Positions 39,717 to 49,449 of a stretch of 64,000 bases of DNA are shown piece after piece. Made by a program: the position numbers and the translations under genes. The notes under the pieces were generated by a model. That model was given only the letters and a program-made list of their open reading frames with translations, ran no database searches and was not told where the DNA came from. Position 1 is the stretch's first letter. Each line of letters opens with the position of its first letter. This DNA is from Myxococcota bacterium (GTDB lineage: Bacteria > Myxococcota_A > UBA796 > UBA2385), in the NCBI GenBank assembly GCA_044344255.1, contig JBIJDH010000007.1, positions 160,001-224,000 of the forward strand, in the 5' to 3' direction.

Positions 39717-41111
39717 TCAGAAGGCCTCCCCGAGGCCGGCGCTGATCCCGAGCCCTCCGTCTCCCCAGGCGAGGTCAAGGCGGGTGGTGGCGTGGGGCCG
39801 GGGCGGCAGGTTGAGTCGCAGGCCGGCGCCGAGCCCGCCGTGCAGCCCGTCGATCCGTGCCCCTTCGATGAAGGCCACCCCCTCGACGAGGTGACGGGAG
39901 GGGCTGCGCAGCTCGAGCACGAGGCTCTGGGCGTCGGTGTCGCGCCAAGCCGACCAAGCCCCGCTGCGGAGGAGCGGCCCGCCCCCGGCGGCGGGGAGGC
40001 GGGCGACCGGCGCGGCGCGGGCGACCGGCGCCCACTCGGCGGTGGCGCGCATGTGCAGGCTGAGGGGATCGCCGGGCAGCGCGCTCCGGAGGTCCAGGCC
40101 GCCGCGGAGGAAGGGGTAGGACCAGGCTGAGCCCTCGAGCTCGGCGCCGAGCCGGGTCTGGCGTGCCACGGCGGCGCCGTCGCGGGGGTGGAGGGCGCCG
40201 CGGAGCACGGGCCCGAGGCCGAGGCCCTCCCCGCCGTCGAGGTGGGCCAGCGCCCCCACAGAGGCCTCCCACGGCCCCGCGGTCCGCTGTCGGCGCAGCG
40301 CGGCGGCGCCGAGCCAGGCGGGGCTCCGGGAGGCGCCGAGCGGGAGGCGGGAGGCCGAGAGCGCGCCGGCCCACGCGCGGTCACCGGCACCTTGTAGGGA
40401 GAGGTCCGCGCTGCCGAACAGAGCGCTCGTGAGCGTGAGGCCTGCGGACAGCGAGCCGCCGCGCAAGCGGGTGTCGGGGTGCTGGAGGCGGAGGCCCCCG
40501 CCCGCCCCGAGGCCCGTCGCGCCGACCGGGGAGAGCCCCAAGACCCAGGTGCCCGGCCCTGCGGGCCAGCCGCCGCCCTCGAGGAGGACCCGCCCGAGGC
40601 CGTCGAGATCGGCGCGGCCGACGAGGCGCTCGGCGGGGGCGCGACCGAGGAGGACGAGCCGGGCGACCGCCGGACCGGGGAGGCGCCCCTCGGCGCGGGC
40701 GGCGGCGGCGGCGGCGGCGTGCAGGTCGGAGGGGAGGCCGATGAGCGAGGGGAAGATCCCATAGTCGGCGAGGGCCAGCTCACACCAGGGATCTGCGGTG
40801 GGGCAGGCGGAGAGCGCGCGGTCGGCGCGCGGGCCGTGCACAGCGAGGCCGAGGTTCCCCGAGACGAGGAGCAAGCGGAGCTCGGCCATGGCGATCACCG
40901 CGGCGTCGTCACTCTCCGCGGCGGTGGTCCAGGCCGCCCGCGCGGCGGGTCGGTCGGCCCTCCCCCAGGCGAGGTCACCGGCGTCGAGCGCGGCGTGGTC
41001 GGCCTCTCCGGCGATGGCGTGGCCGACGAGCGTGAGGCCGAGGAGCGGGATGCCGAGGAGCGCCGCGCCGGCGGCTCGAAGGGCGGGGGGGAGGGGCCGC
41101 GCGGCCGGCAC
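39717..41111 (-). CDS. Putative outer-membrane protein with Omp85/TamA-like beta-barrel C-terminus
   Basis: Signal peptide; helical N-terminus; C-terminal GGLGAGLR...RLDLAWG....ISAGLGEAF ending in Phe. Confidence 0.55.
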   Translation of the reverse strand: MPAARPLPPALRAAGAALLGIPLLGLTLVGHAIAGEADHAALDAGDLAWGRADRPAARAAWTTAAESDDAAVIAMAELRLLLVSGNLGLAVHGPRADRALSACPTADPWCELALADYGIFPSLIGLPSDLHAAAAAAARAEGRLPGPAVARLVLLGRAPAERLVGRADLDGLGRVLLEGGGWPAGPGTWVLGLSPVGATGLGAGGGLRLQHPDTRLRGGSLSAGLTLTSALFGSADLSLQGAGDRAWAGALSASRLPLGASRSPAWLGAAALRRQRTAGPWEASVGALAHLDGGEGLGLGPVLRGALHPRDGAAVARQTRLGAELEGSAWSYPFLRGGLDLRSALPGDPLSLHMRATAEWAPVARAAPVARLPAAGGGPLLRSGAWSAWRDTDAQSLVLELRSPSRHLVEGVAFIEGARIDGLHGGLGAGLRLNLPPRPHATTRLDLAWGDGGLGISAGLGEAF

Positions 41112-41114
41112 CGC

Positions 41115-41969
41115 TCAGCAGAGCCGGCGGGCGCTGTCGATGGGGATCTGCCGCCTCACGTCCAGGGCGCGGGAGAGGTCGATCTCGGCGAGGGCCATGC
41201 CGGGGGCGTCGCCGCACTCGGCGACCACCGTGCCCCAGGGGTCAATGATCAAGCTGTGGCCGTACGATCGACGCAGCCCCTGGTCGTCGTGGGCCCCCCA
41301 CTGAGCCGGGGCGAGCAGCCAGCTCTGGTTCTCGATCGCCCGGGCGCGGAGCAGGGGGTGCCAGTGGTCCTTGCCGGTCATCAGGGTGAAGGCGGAGGGC
41401 ACACAGAGGATGTCGGCGCCGTGGTCGTGCAGGCGGCGGTACAGCTCGGGGAAGCGCATGTCGAAGCAGATCGACAGCCCCAGCCGACCGACCGGGGTGT
41501 CGGCCACCACGACGGCGTCTCCGGGGGCGGTGCGCTCCGACTCCCGGAAGCGGACGCCCCCGGCGGCGGCGAGGTCGACGTCGAAGAGGTGGAGCTTGCG
41601 GTAAGCGGCGAGCAAGGCGCCGTCGGGGCCGTAGACGAGCGAGCTGTTGTAGCAGCGGGTGGCGGAGCCCTGCGCGCCGGAGGCGTCCCCGGGCTCGCAG
41701 CGCTCCCCGACGCTGCCGATCAGCAGGGTCACGCCCAGCTCCCGGGCGAGCGCGGCGAAGCGCTGGTGGGTGGGGCCGTCCGTGGGCTCGGCGAGGGCGA
41801 CCTTTCGGTCGTGGGGGCCGAGGTAGGAGGTGGCCTCGGGGGTGGCGATGAGGCGGGCGCCGGCGGCGGCGGCGCGGCGGATCCAGGCCTCGGCCTGCTG
41901 CAGGTTCCGCTCGACGTCGGAGCTGCCGTTGAGCTGGACCACGGCGGCCAGGAAGGGGGCGACGGTCAT
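41115..41969 (-). CDS. Carbon-nitrogen hydrolase (Nit1 / deaminated glutathione amidase-like)
   Basis: TPE; YRKLHLFDV; ICFDMRFPE; PSAFT..TG..HW..LLRARAIENQ; YGHS.IIDPWG. Confidence 0.93.
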   Translation of the reverse strand: MTVAPFLAAVVQLNGSSDVERNLQQAEAWIRRAAAAGARLIATPEATSYLGPHDRKVALAEPTDGPTHQRFAALARELGVTLLIGSVGERCEPGDASGAQGSATRCYNSSLVYGPDGALLAAYRKLHLFDVDLAAAGGVRFRESERTAPGDAVVVADTPVGRLGLSICFDMRFPELYRRLHDHGADILCVPSAFTLMTGKDHWHPLLRARAIENQSWLLAPAQWGAHDDQGLRRSYGHSLIIDPWGTVVAECGDAPGMALAEIDLSRALDVRRQIPIDSARRLC

Positions 41970-42091
41970 CGGGCGGGCTCCCCTTGGGGGTCGTGGGGCG
42001 AAGGGTCAAGCAGCGGTGGGTCGGGGAGGAGCCTGTTATCCTGGCCACTGGACGAGCCGCACTCGGCCGCCACGCTGTCTCGGGAGACGCC

Positions 42092-43732
42092 ATGTCGATG
42101 ATGATCCGCTTCACCACGCTGAGCCTGATGTTGGCCGCCTGTAACGGTGACAAGGGTGGCTTGATTGTCTACAATACAGCCCCGTCGGCGAGCATCCAGA
42201 CGCCCGTGAACGGTTCGGCCTTCGACGAGAAGACATCGGTGAGCTTCCAGGCGATCGTCTCCGACGGCCAGGACTCCGATGAGAACCTGACCGTCCTCTG
42301 GGGCAGCGACGTGGACGGGGCCCTCGAGGGTGACTTCACGGTGATCGATGGCCTGTCGACCTTCTCGAGCGTGAGCCTCAGCCCGGGCAACCATGTCATC
42401 TCGATCAAGGTGACCGACTCGCGCACCGCCTCCTCCTCCGATCAAGTGGCGATCACGATCAACGACCTGCCGGAGATCCCCTCGATCGAGGTCGCGCGGC
42501 CGATCACGAACGAGAGCGGGCTCGAGGGTGTGGAGTTCGAGTTCAAGGCCAAGGTGGTGGACGCTTACGATCCGGTCGAGCTGCTCACCGTCTCCTTCGC
42601 GAGCTCGATCGACGGCGAGTTCTGTGCGCCTGCGGCGGACGCCAGCGGAATCGCCTCCTGCCTCTTCGCCCTCTCGGCCGGGGAGCACCTCCTCACCTAC
42701 ACGGTCACCAACAGCGGCGGCCTCTCCGACACCGACACCGCCTACTTCGAGGTCGTGGCTTACGCCGACATCGATAATGACAGCGACGGCTTCTCCGAGT
42801 CCGAGGGCGACTGTGACGACGCCGACCAGAGCGTCGCGCCAGGGGCCACCGAGTACTTCAACGAGCGGGACGACGACTGCGACGGTCTCGTCGATGAGGG
42901 CACCGAAGGGTACGATGACGACGGCGACGGCTACGTCGAGGTCAGCGGCGACTGCGACGACACCGACGAGGGCGTCTTCCCCGGCGCGACCGAAGAGTGT
43001 GACGGCGTAGACCAGGACTGCGACCTCGTCGTAGACGACAACACCGTCTGCTTCGACGACGACGGAGACGGTGACACCGAGCTGGATGGCGACTGCGACG
43101 ACGCCTGCGCGTCCTGCTTCCAGGGCGCTGGAGAGCTCACCGACGGGCTCGACAACGACTGCAACGGCGTGGTCGACGACGGCACCGACGTCTACGACGA
43201 CGACGGGGACGGCTACTCGGAAGACACCGGTGACTGCGACGACAGCGACGCCCTCGTCAACCCTGCGGCCACCGAGGCCTGCGGCGACGGTCAGGACAAC
43301 GACTGTAACGGTCAGGTGGACGAGGAGGGCGCGACCGACTGTGAGATGTGGTACACGGACAACGACAGTGACGGTTACGGCTCGACCGTCGGGAAGTGCC
43401 TCTGTGCGAGCTCCGGCGTCTTCCGCTCTCCCTACAAGACCGACTGTTACGACGGCAACAGCCTCGCGAACCCCGCCAGCACGACCTACTCGACCACCGA
43501 CCGCGGCGACGGCGACTACGACTACAACTGCGACGGCGTGGAAGACAAGTTCTACCCGAGCAAGTACTCCTGCTCGGCTTGGCCCCTCTGCGGTGATTAC
43601 GGCACCTTCACCACCGGCTTCAAGAACAGCGTGGCCTCCTGCGGCAACTCGGGCACCTGGGTCACCTCCTGTTCGTGGACGGTGACGAGCTGCAGCCTGA
43701 CGACGAGCACGAAGACGCAGAAATGCAACTGA
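42092..43732 (+). CDS. Lipoprotein with Ig-like domains and multiple Cys/Asp 'putative metal-binding' repeats
   Basis: Lipobox LAAC; repeated DxDGDG...DCDD...PGA.E..DG.DNDC.G.VD; Cys-rich tail. Confidence 0.85.
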   Translation: MSMMIRFTTLSLMLAACNGDKGGLIVYNTAPSASIQTPVNGSAFDEKTSVSFQAIVSDGQDSDENLTVLWGSDVDGALEGDFTVIDGLSTFSSVSLSPGNHVISIKVTDSRTASSSDQVAITINDLPEIPSIEVARPITNESGLEGVEFEFKAKVVDAYDPVELLTVSFASSIDGEFCAPAADASGIASCLFALSAGEHLLTYTVTNSGGLSDTDTAYFEVVAYADIDNDSDGFSESEGDCDDADQSVAPGATEYFNERDDDCDGLVDEGTEGYDDDGDGYVEVSGDCDDTDEGVFPGATEECDGVDQDCDLVVDDNTVCFDDDGDGDTELDGDCDDACASCFQGAGELTDGLDNDCNGVVDDGTDVYDDDGDGYSEDTGDCDDSDALVNPAATEACGDGQDNDCNGQVDEEGATDCEMWYTDNDSDGYGSTVGKCLCASSGVFRSPYKTDCYDGNSLANPASTTYSTTDRGDGDYDYNCDGVEDKFYPSKYSCSAWPLCGDYGTFTTGFKNSVASCGNSGTWVTSCSWTVTSCSLTTSTKTQKCN

Positions 43733-43770
43733 TCGGCTTTTACGAACGCGGCCCTACAAGAGGCCCGGTC

Positions 43771-45123
43771 GTGAACGCCGGCCCTCGCTCAGGGCGCTGG
43801 GGCCTGCCCCTGCTCTTCGGGGTGGCCTGCGCCGATCCCAAGCCGGATGTGATCTTCCTCACGGTCGACACCCTCCGCTTCGACCATGTGGGCACCGATC
43901 TGGGAGCCGGCTCACTCACGCCGGAGATCGACACGCTCCTCGCCGACAGTGTCCTCTACACCGAGGCCTTCACGCCGATCACCGTCACCGGCCCCGCCTT
44001 CTCCAGCCTGCTCACCGGTCTTGAGCCTGGTCAGCACGGGGTGGCCCTGAACACCTTTCGCGGTGGGAATGTGCTCGGTCCAGAGATCAACACCCTCCCC
44101 GAGCTCCTCGATGACGAGGGGTATGCCACGGGGGGCTTTGTCTCGGGCTTTACCCTCAACACAATGCTGGGCCTCAACCAGGGAATGGACACCTGGTCTG
44201 AGCCAGAGGGGCACCGGCGTGTGGGGAACCTGACGGCCGATCTCGCGCTCCAGTGGCTGTCTGAGCAGAATGGCTCCGTCTTCCTCTGGTATCACAGCTA
44301 CGATGTACATGGTCCTCTATCATCGTATTCCAAGATCAAGGCGCACAAAGGTCGAAAGCGGGACGGACCCGAGCCAATCGCCAAGTATCAATTGATTTCC
44401 CAAGTCACCGAGCCCACTTTTTACAAGCGGCGGTACGTGGAGGCCGTCCGTTTCGCTGACGTGCAGGTGGGGCGTATCATCCGCGCGCTGAGGGAGTCGG
44501 GGCGCTACGATGCAGCGCTCATCGTCTTTGCCGCCGATCACGGCGAGAGCTTTGATGAGCGGGAGCTCTGGTTCGATCATGGCACCACCGCCTACGACGA
44601 GCAAGCACATGTCCCCCTCGCCATCAAGCTGCCGGGCAATCTCCACGCCGGCGAGCGCTCTCCCGCCCTGGTCAGCCTGACGGATGTGGTGCCCACGGTG
44701 GCCGAGGTGGTGGGGCTGAAGACCGGGGATGCCTGGCGGGGAATTTCACTGGTCGAGCCAACAAAGGCCGGCCACCACTCGGTCATCACGGAGAGCAGCC
44801 ACTGCAAACGAAGTCCCTTCCTGAGCTGCTTTCCGAGAGGGCCGGAGGGCAAGATGTTCGCCATCCGCCTGCCCGGCCAATCTGTCTTCCGGCTGAGCAC
44901 GGCGGAGGGGCCCCGGTACGAGGTCTACAACCGCATGGCGGATCATGAGGAACGATCCCCCACCAAACTGCCGGTCCCCGACGAAGCCCGGGTGGCCCTG
45001 GAGGCGGTGGCCGCCGAGAGAACCGCTATGAAGCTCGTCGATCCAGACACCCTCCCGGCTGAGCCCGGTGAAGCTGGAGAGGCCCAGGAGGCGCTGCAGG
45101 CCCTGGGCTATTTGGAAGAGTAG
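43771..45123 (+). CDS. Sulfatase/alkaline-phosphatase superfamily protein (Thr at the nucleophile position)
   Basis: TVDTLRFDH; ITVTGPAFSSLLTG; YDVHGP; ADHGE; HG...HVPL; C-terminal LQALGY; start uncertain. Confidence 0.85.
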   Translation: MNAGPRSGRWGLPLLFGVACADPKPDVIFLTVDTLRFDHVGTDLGAGSLTPEIDTLLADSVLYTEAFTPITVTGPAFSSLLTGLEPGQHGVALNTFRGGNVLGPEINTLPELLDDEGYATGGFVSGFTLNTMLGLNQGMDTWSEPEGHRRVGNLTADLALQWLSEQNGSVFLWYHSYDVHGPLSSYSKIKAHKGRKRDGPEPIAKYQLISQVTEPTFYKRRYVEAVRFADVQVGRIIRALRESGRYDAALIVFAADHGESFDERELWFDHGTTAYDEQAHVPLAIKLPGNLHAGERSPALVSLTDVVPTVAEVVGLKTGDAWRGISLVEPTKAGHHSVITESSHCKRSPFLSCFPRGPEGKMFAIRLPGQSVFRLSTAEGPRYEVYNRMADHEERSPTKLPVPDEARVALEAVAAERTAMKLVDPDTLPAEPGEAGEAQEALQALGYLEE

Positions 45124-47444
45124 GGCACCCGCTCGTGGGGCGCGATGCCGGCCCTTCGACCGTCTCCGAGGACGCGGATCAGGGCCGGCAGCAGCAAGAG
45201 GTCCCCAAAGAGGGCCGCGACCATCGTGACGGCGGCGAGGAGACCGAAGGAGCGCGTGCTCGTGAGGCCGCTCATGGTGAGCACGCCAAAGCCGACGATC
45301 AGCAGCGCGCTGGTCATGAACATGGCGTGCCCGGAGCCGACGTAGGTGCGTCGCAGGGCCTCCTCGACGCTGTGCCCCTGGTCGCGCTCGTGGGTGTAGT
45401 GCGTGAGGAAGTGGATGGTGTCGTCGACGGCGAGGCCGAGGGCCACGGTGAACGAGACCACGTTGCTCGTCTGCAGCGGCTCGCCCATCACCCCGAGGGT
45501 GGCCTGGGTGAAGAGAAGCGGCAGGGCGTTGGGGATGAAGGCGATGAGGGCGAGGCGCGCGCTCCCGATCAGGGCCCACATCACGAGGAAGACGACGACG
45601 GAGACGAGGCCGACGCTGCGCGTGAGGTCGCGGATGAGGGTGTCGACCCCGACCGCGGCGAGGAGGCCGTCGCCGGTGAGCGTGACCTCGAGGCCCGTCC
45701 CCGCGTAGAGCTCGCGGATGGTTCCTCGAAGCCGGGCGATCATCGGGAGGAACTCCCGCCCTCCGGCGTCGGTGAGCGTGAAGAGGATGCGCGCTCGGGT
45801 GCGGTCACCGTTGACGAGCGAGGCGCCGACCGGATCTTCGGCGAGCTCCGCCAGCAGGAGCTCTTGGGCGACGGCCTCGCGGGAGTCGGGGAGGCCGGCC
45901 TCTCCGGTCAGCGCGAGGTGGAGGGCCGCGACGTGGCCGCCGAGTGAGGCGGCCCAGCGCACCGGCGGCTCCGCCTCGATCGCGGCTTGGAGGGCCTGCA
46001 TCCGGCGGAGCTGCTCGGGCTCCAGCACCGCGCCTTCGGCCCCCTTGACCTGCACTTGCATCGGGATGACGCCGCCGAGCGATCGGTCGGCCTCCCGGAT
46101 GGCCAGCCAGGTGGGGCTCCCCTCGGGGTACATCTCGAGGATGTGCGAGTCGGCCTCGACGTTCCGGGCGAGCCAGCCGGCGAGGGCGGTCACGGCGAGG
46201 CAGCCCGCGATGACGCGGCGCGGTCGGGCCCCGATCCAGCGTTCGAGGGTGCCGAGCAGCGCGGTGGCCCGCGGGTGGGTCTCGCTCGCGGGGCGCCCCA
46301 CCCAGGCGTTGGGCAGGAGCGAGAGCAGCAGCGGCACGCCGAGCATGATCGAGAGCCAACACACCATGATGGCGATGCTCGTGTGCAGGCCGAAGTCGCG
46401 CACCACCCGGGTCTCGGCGATGAGCAGCGAGGCAAAGCCAGAGGCGGTGGTGAAGCTGTTGAGCAGGCAAGCCACGCCGAGCGCGCCCATCATCCGGCCC
46501 ATGGCGCCCACACGATCACCGTCCACCGCCAGCTCCTCTCGGTAGCGGAAGGCCATGTGGATGCCGTCGGCCACGCCCACCACGAGCACGAGGGTGGGCA
46601 CCAGGATGGAGAGGATGGTGAGCTCGGCCCCGCCGGCGATGAGGGCGGCGGTGGCCCAGAGGTCGGCCAGCAGCACGGCGAAGAGCGGCACGAGGCCGAG
46701 GGCGAGCTGCCGGAAGAGCAGGCAGATGGTGACGGCGAAGAGCCCCGAGACCACGGGCACGAAGAAGAGCTCGTCCTCGAGCATCTTGTCGACCACCTCC
46801 GTGCGGACGAAGGGCACACCTGTGGGGCGGACCGTAAAGCCGGGCGGCCTCGGCACGGCCTCGGCGCGGTCGGTCAGCGCGTGGACGACCGGGCCGAGGT
46901 CGGCCACCTTCTCGAGGTCGCGGTGGATCCGAACCCGCAGCGCGGTCACCGTCCCGTCTTCGGAGAGGAGGGCGCGCCGCACCATCGGCTCCTGGAGGAG
47001 ACGCGTGACGGCCTCGGCGGGGGGCCGGTCGTCCAGCGGCCGAGTGGGGGTGATCGTGCCGCTGCCGTCGCCCGTGGCGAGGGCGGCGTTGACGAGGGAG
47101 TCCACCCGCTCGACCGCCTCTCCCGCCTCCATGGCCGCGTGCAGGTCGCGGAGGAGGCCGACGCCGGCGTCGGTCCCGATCGGGCCCTCCACGAGGAGGA
47201 TGAGGTCGTTGTCGTCGCGACCAAAGACACGCTCGACGTCCTCGAGCGCGTCCACCTCGGCGCCCTGGTCGATGAACAGCGCCTGGGGGGTGAAGTCGAT
47301 GGGGACGCCGTCCTCGAGCACCCGCCGAGCGGAGCCGAGGAGGAGGAGCGCCGTGACCAGCGCGGCGAGGAGCGCGGACGGGCCTCGGTGACGCGCGACC
47401 CAGCGCCCCCACGCCGCGAGGCCGCGCGAGACGCCGTGCCTCAT
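45108..47444 (-). CDS. MMPL/RND-family exporter
   Basis: Two TM bundles with GVADGIH and GLAVDDTIH; TTASGF.SL; two periplasmic loops. Confidence 0.9.
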   Translation of the reverse strand: MRHGVSRGLAAWGRWVARHRGPSALLAALVTALLLLGSARRVLEDGVPIDFTPQALFIDQGAEVDALEDVERVFGRDDNDLILLVEGPIGTDAGVGLLRDLHAAMEAGEAVERVDSLVNAALATGDGSGTITPTRPLDDRPPAEAVTRLLQEPMVRRALLSEDGTVTALRVRIHRDLEKVADLGPVVHALTDRAEAVPRPPGFTVRPTGVPFVRTEVVDKMLEDELFFVPVVSGLFAVTICLLFRQLALGLVPLFAVLLADLWATAALIAGGAELTILSILVPTLVLVVGVADGIHMAFRYREELAVDGDRVGAMGRMMGALGVACLLNSFTTASGFASLLIAETRVVRDFGLHTSIAIMVCWLSIMLGVPLLLSLLPNAWVGRPASETHPRATALLGTLERWIGARPRRVIAGCLAVTALAGWLARNVEADSHILEMYPEGSPTWLAIREADRSLGGVIPMQVQVKGAEGAVLEPEQLRRMQALQAAIEAEPPVRWAASLGGHVAALHLALTGEAGLPDSREAVAQELLLAELAEDPVGASLVNGDRTRARILFTLTDAGGREFLPMIARLRGTIRELYAGTGLEVTLTGDGLLAAVGVDTLIRDLTRSVGLVSVVVFLVMWALIGSARLALIAFIPNALPLLFTQATLGVMGEPLQTSNVVSFTVALGLAVDDTIHFLTHYTHERDQGHSVEEALRRTYVGSGHAMFMTSALLIVGFGVLTMSGLTSTRSFGLLAAVTMVAALFGDLLLLPALIRVLGDGRRAGIAPHERVPYSSK

Positions 47445-47456
47445 GGGTTTGGGCCC

Positions 47457-47493
47457 CCGCTCGCCGCTCGACCGCTCGCCGCTCGACCGCTCA
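47457..47493. repeat. Short intergenic tandem repeat of CCGCTCG units (five copies, 15-bp higher-order period)
   Basis: ccgctcg ccgctcg a ccgctcg ccgctcg a ccgctca. Confidence 0.75.
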
Positions 47494-48501
47494 CCGGCCC
47501 GCCGACGGCGGCTCGGCGGCGGAGCCCTTGGCCCCGAGCTGGATGTTCCCGCCCAGGAGGCTCGAGACGCGGAAGAGGGCGAGCGCGCCCAGGCCGACCC
47601 CGAGCCAGAGGGTCGCGATGCGGATCAGCAGGGAGGCGGCGACCGCCAGCCCCTTGTCGATGTGGAGCAGGGTCTCGGCGCCCCCCGCCAGCGCGCCCTC
47701 CGAGACGCCGATCCCGCCCGGCATCGCGCCGCCGGCGAGGGTGGCGAAGGCATAGAGGAAGACGCTGAAGTCCAGCGTGGCCTCGACGTCGAGGCCGGCA
47801 AAGACGAGCCAGAAGCCCACACACTCGGCGAACCACGCCAGCACGCTCACGGTGACCGCGAAGAGCAGGGGCCCCGGAGCGAGGCAGGTGCGGGTGGCGC
47901 TCACCATCTCGCGGAGCTTGGGTACGACGCGGGACACGAGGGGCAGTCGAGCGCCGATCGAGAGCAGGAGCTCGGTGAGGCGGTGGTTGCCGACGACGAC
48001 GAGGCCGGCCGCGATGAGCCCGCCGATGAGCACGAGCACCCACACCTGATCCGCGAAGTAGGTGCTGACGCTGATTCCGGCGAGGATCACCATGGCGATG
48101 GCGTCGGTGATGCGCTCGGCGAGCAGGGCTGGGATGGTGTGGGCCATCGGGGTGCCGGTCCGCTCGCGTACGACGTAGGGCTTGAGCAGCTCACCGGCCT
48201 TCCCGGGAGAGATCACCATCGCCAGTCCGGCTGTGAAATTGGCCGCGTTCTCCCAGAAGGGCATCTTGACGCCCAGCAGGTTCAGGAAGCCATGCCACTT
48301 GAGGAAGCGCAGGCCGTAGTTGAGCAAGGTGAGGCCGATGATGGGCAGCGCGTAGATCCATTGGAACTGCCCCAGCGCCGCGCCGACCTCGTCAAAGCCC
48401 GCCCAGATGCTCCCGATGAGGTAGATCGCGGCCCCAAACGCGATCGCGGCGATGACCCAGCGACGAAATCGGAGCAGGAGGTTGTCGGCGGGCGCGCTCA
48501 T
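47491..48501 (-). CDS. Flippase-like membrane protein (lysylphosphatidylglycerol synthase TM / UPF0104)
   Basis: LRFLKW; PGKAGE; ERITD; PGGIGVSE; LLIR.ATLW. Confidence 0.88.
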   Translation of the reverse strand: MSAPADNLLLRFRRWVIAAIAFGAAIYLIGSIWAGFDEVGAALGQFQWIYALPIIGLTLLNYGLRFLKWHGFLNLLGVKMPFWENAANFTAGLAMVISPGKAGELLKPYVVRERTGTPMAHTIPALLAERITDAIAMVILAGISVSTYFADQVWVLVLIGGLIAAGLVVVGNHRLTELLLSIGARLPLVSRVVPKLREMVSATRTCLAPGPLLFAVTVSVLAWFAECVGFWLVFAGLDVEATLDFSVFLYAFATLAGGAMPGGIGVSEGALAGGAETLLHIDKGLAVAASLLIRIATLWLGVGLGALALFRVSSLLGGNIQLGAKGSAAEPPSAGR

Positions 48502-48592
48502 GGTCGGGCCCCCTAACTCCGGTTGATGGCCCCGGGCGGCGGAGAGCGGGGGCAGATGAGTTACCATTCGCCGCGTGGAGAGAGGCGGTCGC

Positions 48593-49405
48593 TTGACCCG
48601 ATTTCTGGTCAGCATTCAGGGCGAGAAGCCCACCGCGATCGAGGCCGGCAGTTGGCTGGCGGCCTTGGGTCTCGGCCTCGACCAATTTGACAAGGTTGGG
48701 GCAATTGATCGCCTCGCATGTGAGGTTCTCTCGAGCGGCGCCGTCGTGGCTCGCGACGCGCGCTCGGGAGAGACCTTCGTCATCCAGGCGATGAGCTCAG
48801 ACGGTGAGGTCGCGGCCGAGACCTACGACGACGACGCGCCCACCATCGTCGCCGGGGAGGACTTCGACGACGGCTTCATGGAGGAGGAGGACACCGACGA
48901 GCTCTCGGTCCGCGGTGACGATGGCATCATGAGCTTCGGCGTGGTCGCGCTCTTCGACCAGATCCAGCGTGCCCGCTCCGACGTCATCGCCTGGGACGTG
49001 GCCCTCGGCCTCGCCCGCGATCGGGCCGGCGGTCAGGCCGGCGCGGCGATCCGCCAGGACGAAGATGGCGCGCTGCGCTTCGTCGCCACTTTCGGCCCCC
49101 ATGGCAAGAGCCTCCTCGGCGTCCGCCTGCCGGCCCGGACCGGCATCGTCGGCTTTTGTATTGACCGGCGAGTTTGCCTCATCCTCCGCCAACCATCGCG
49201 AGACCCGAGGTTCTACAAGGGGATCGACGAGGCCACCGGATTCTCGACCAACGCCGTCCTCTGCGTGCCGGTCGTCCGGGACGACCGTTGTTTCGGGGCC
49301 CTCGAGCTCCTCAACCCGCCGGAGGATGTCCCCTTCGCGCGGGCTCACCTCGAGATCGTCGAGCTCATCGCCAGCTCCCTCGCGGAGCGCCTCGCCTTCG
49401 GCTGA
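48593..49405 (+). CDS. GAF-domain protein with no output domain
   Basis: GIVGF...DPRFYKGIDEATGFST.AVLCVP...GALELLN; small N-terminal domain plus acidic linker; TTG start uncertain. Confidence 0.8.
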   Translation: MTRFLVSIQGEKPTAIEAGSWLAALGLGLDQFDKVGAIDRLACEVLSSGAVVARDARSGETFVIQAMSSDGEVAAETYDDDAPTIVAGEDFDDGFMEEEDTDELSVRGDDGIMSFGVVALFDQIQRARSDVIAWDVALGLARDRAGGQAGAAIRQDEDGALRFVATFGPHGKSLLGVRLPARTGIVGFCIDRRVCLILRQPSRDPRFYKGIDEATGFSTNAVLCVPVVRDDRCFGALELLNPPEDVPFARAHLEIVELIASSLAERLAFG

Positions 49406-49449
49406 GGGGCGGGCGCCGCCGGTCGCCCGGCGGCGGCGCCGCCGCTCGG

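Noticed and set aside
42760..43560. Regularly spaced GACGACGGC/GACTGC repeats that superficially resemble an array
   Set aside because: Degenerate coding repeats of the Cys/Asp motif; no identical repeats with unique spacers and no cas genes, so not CRISPR
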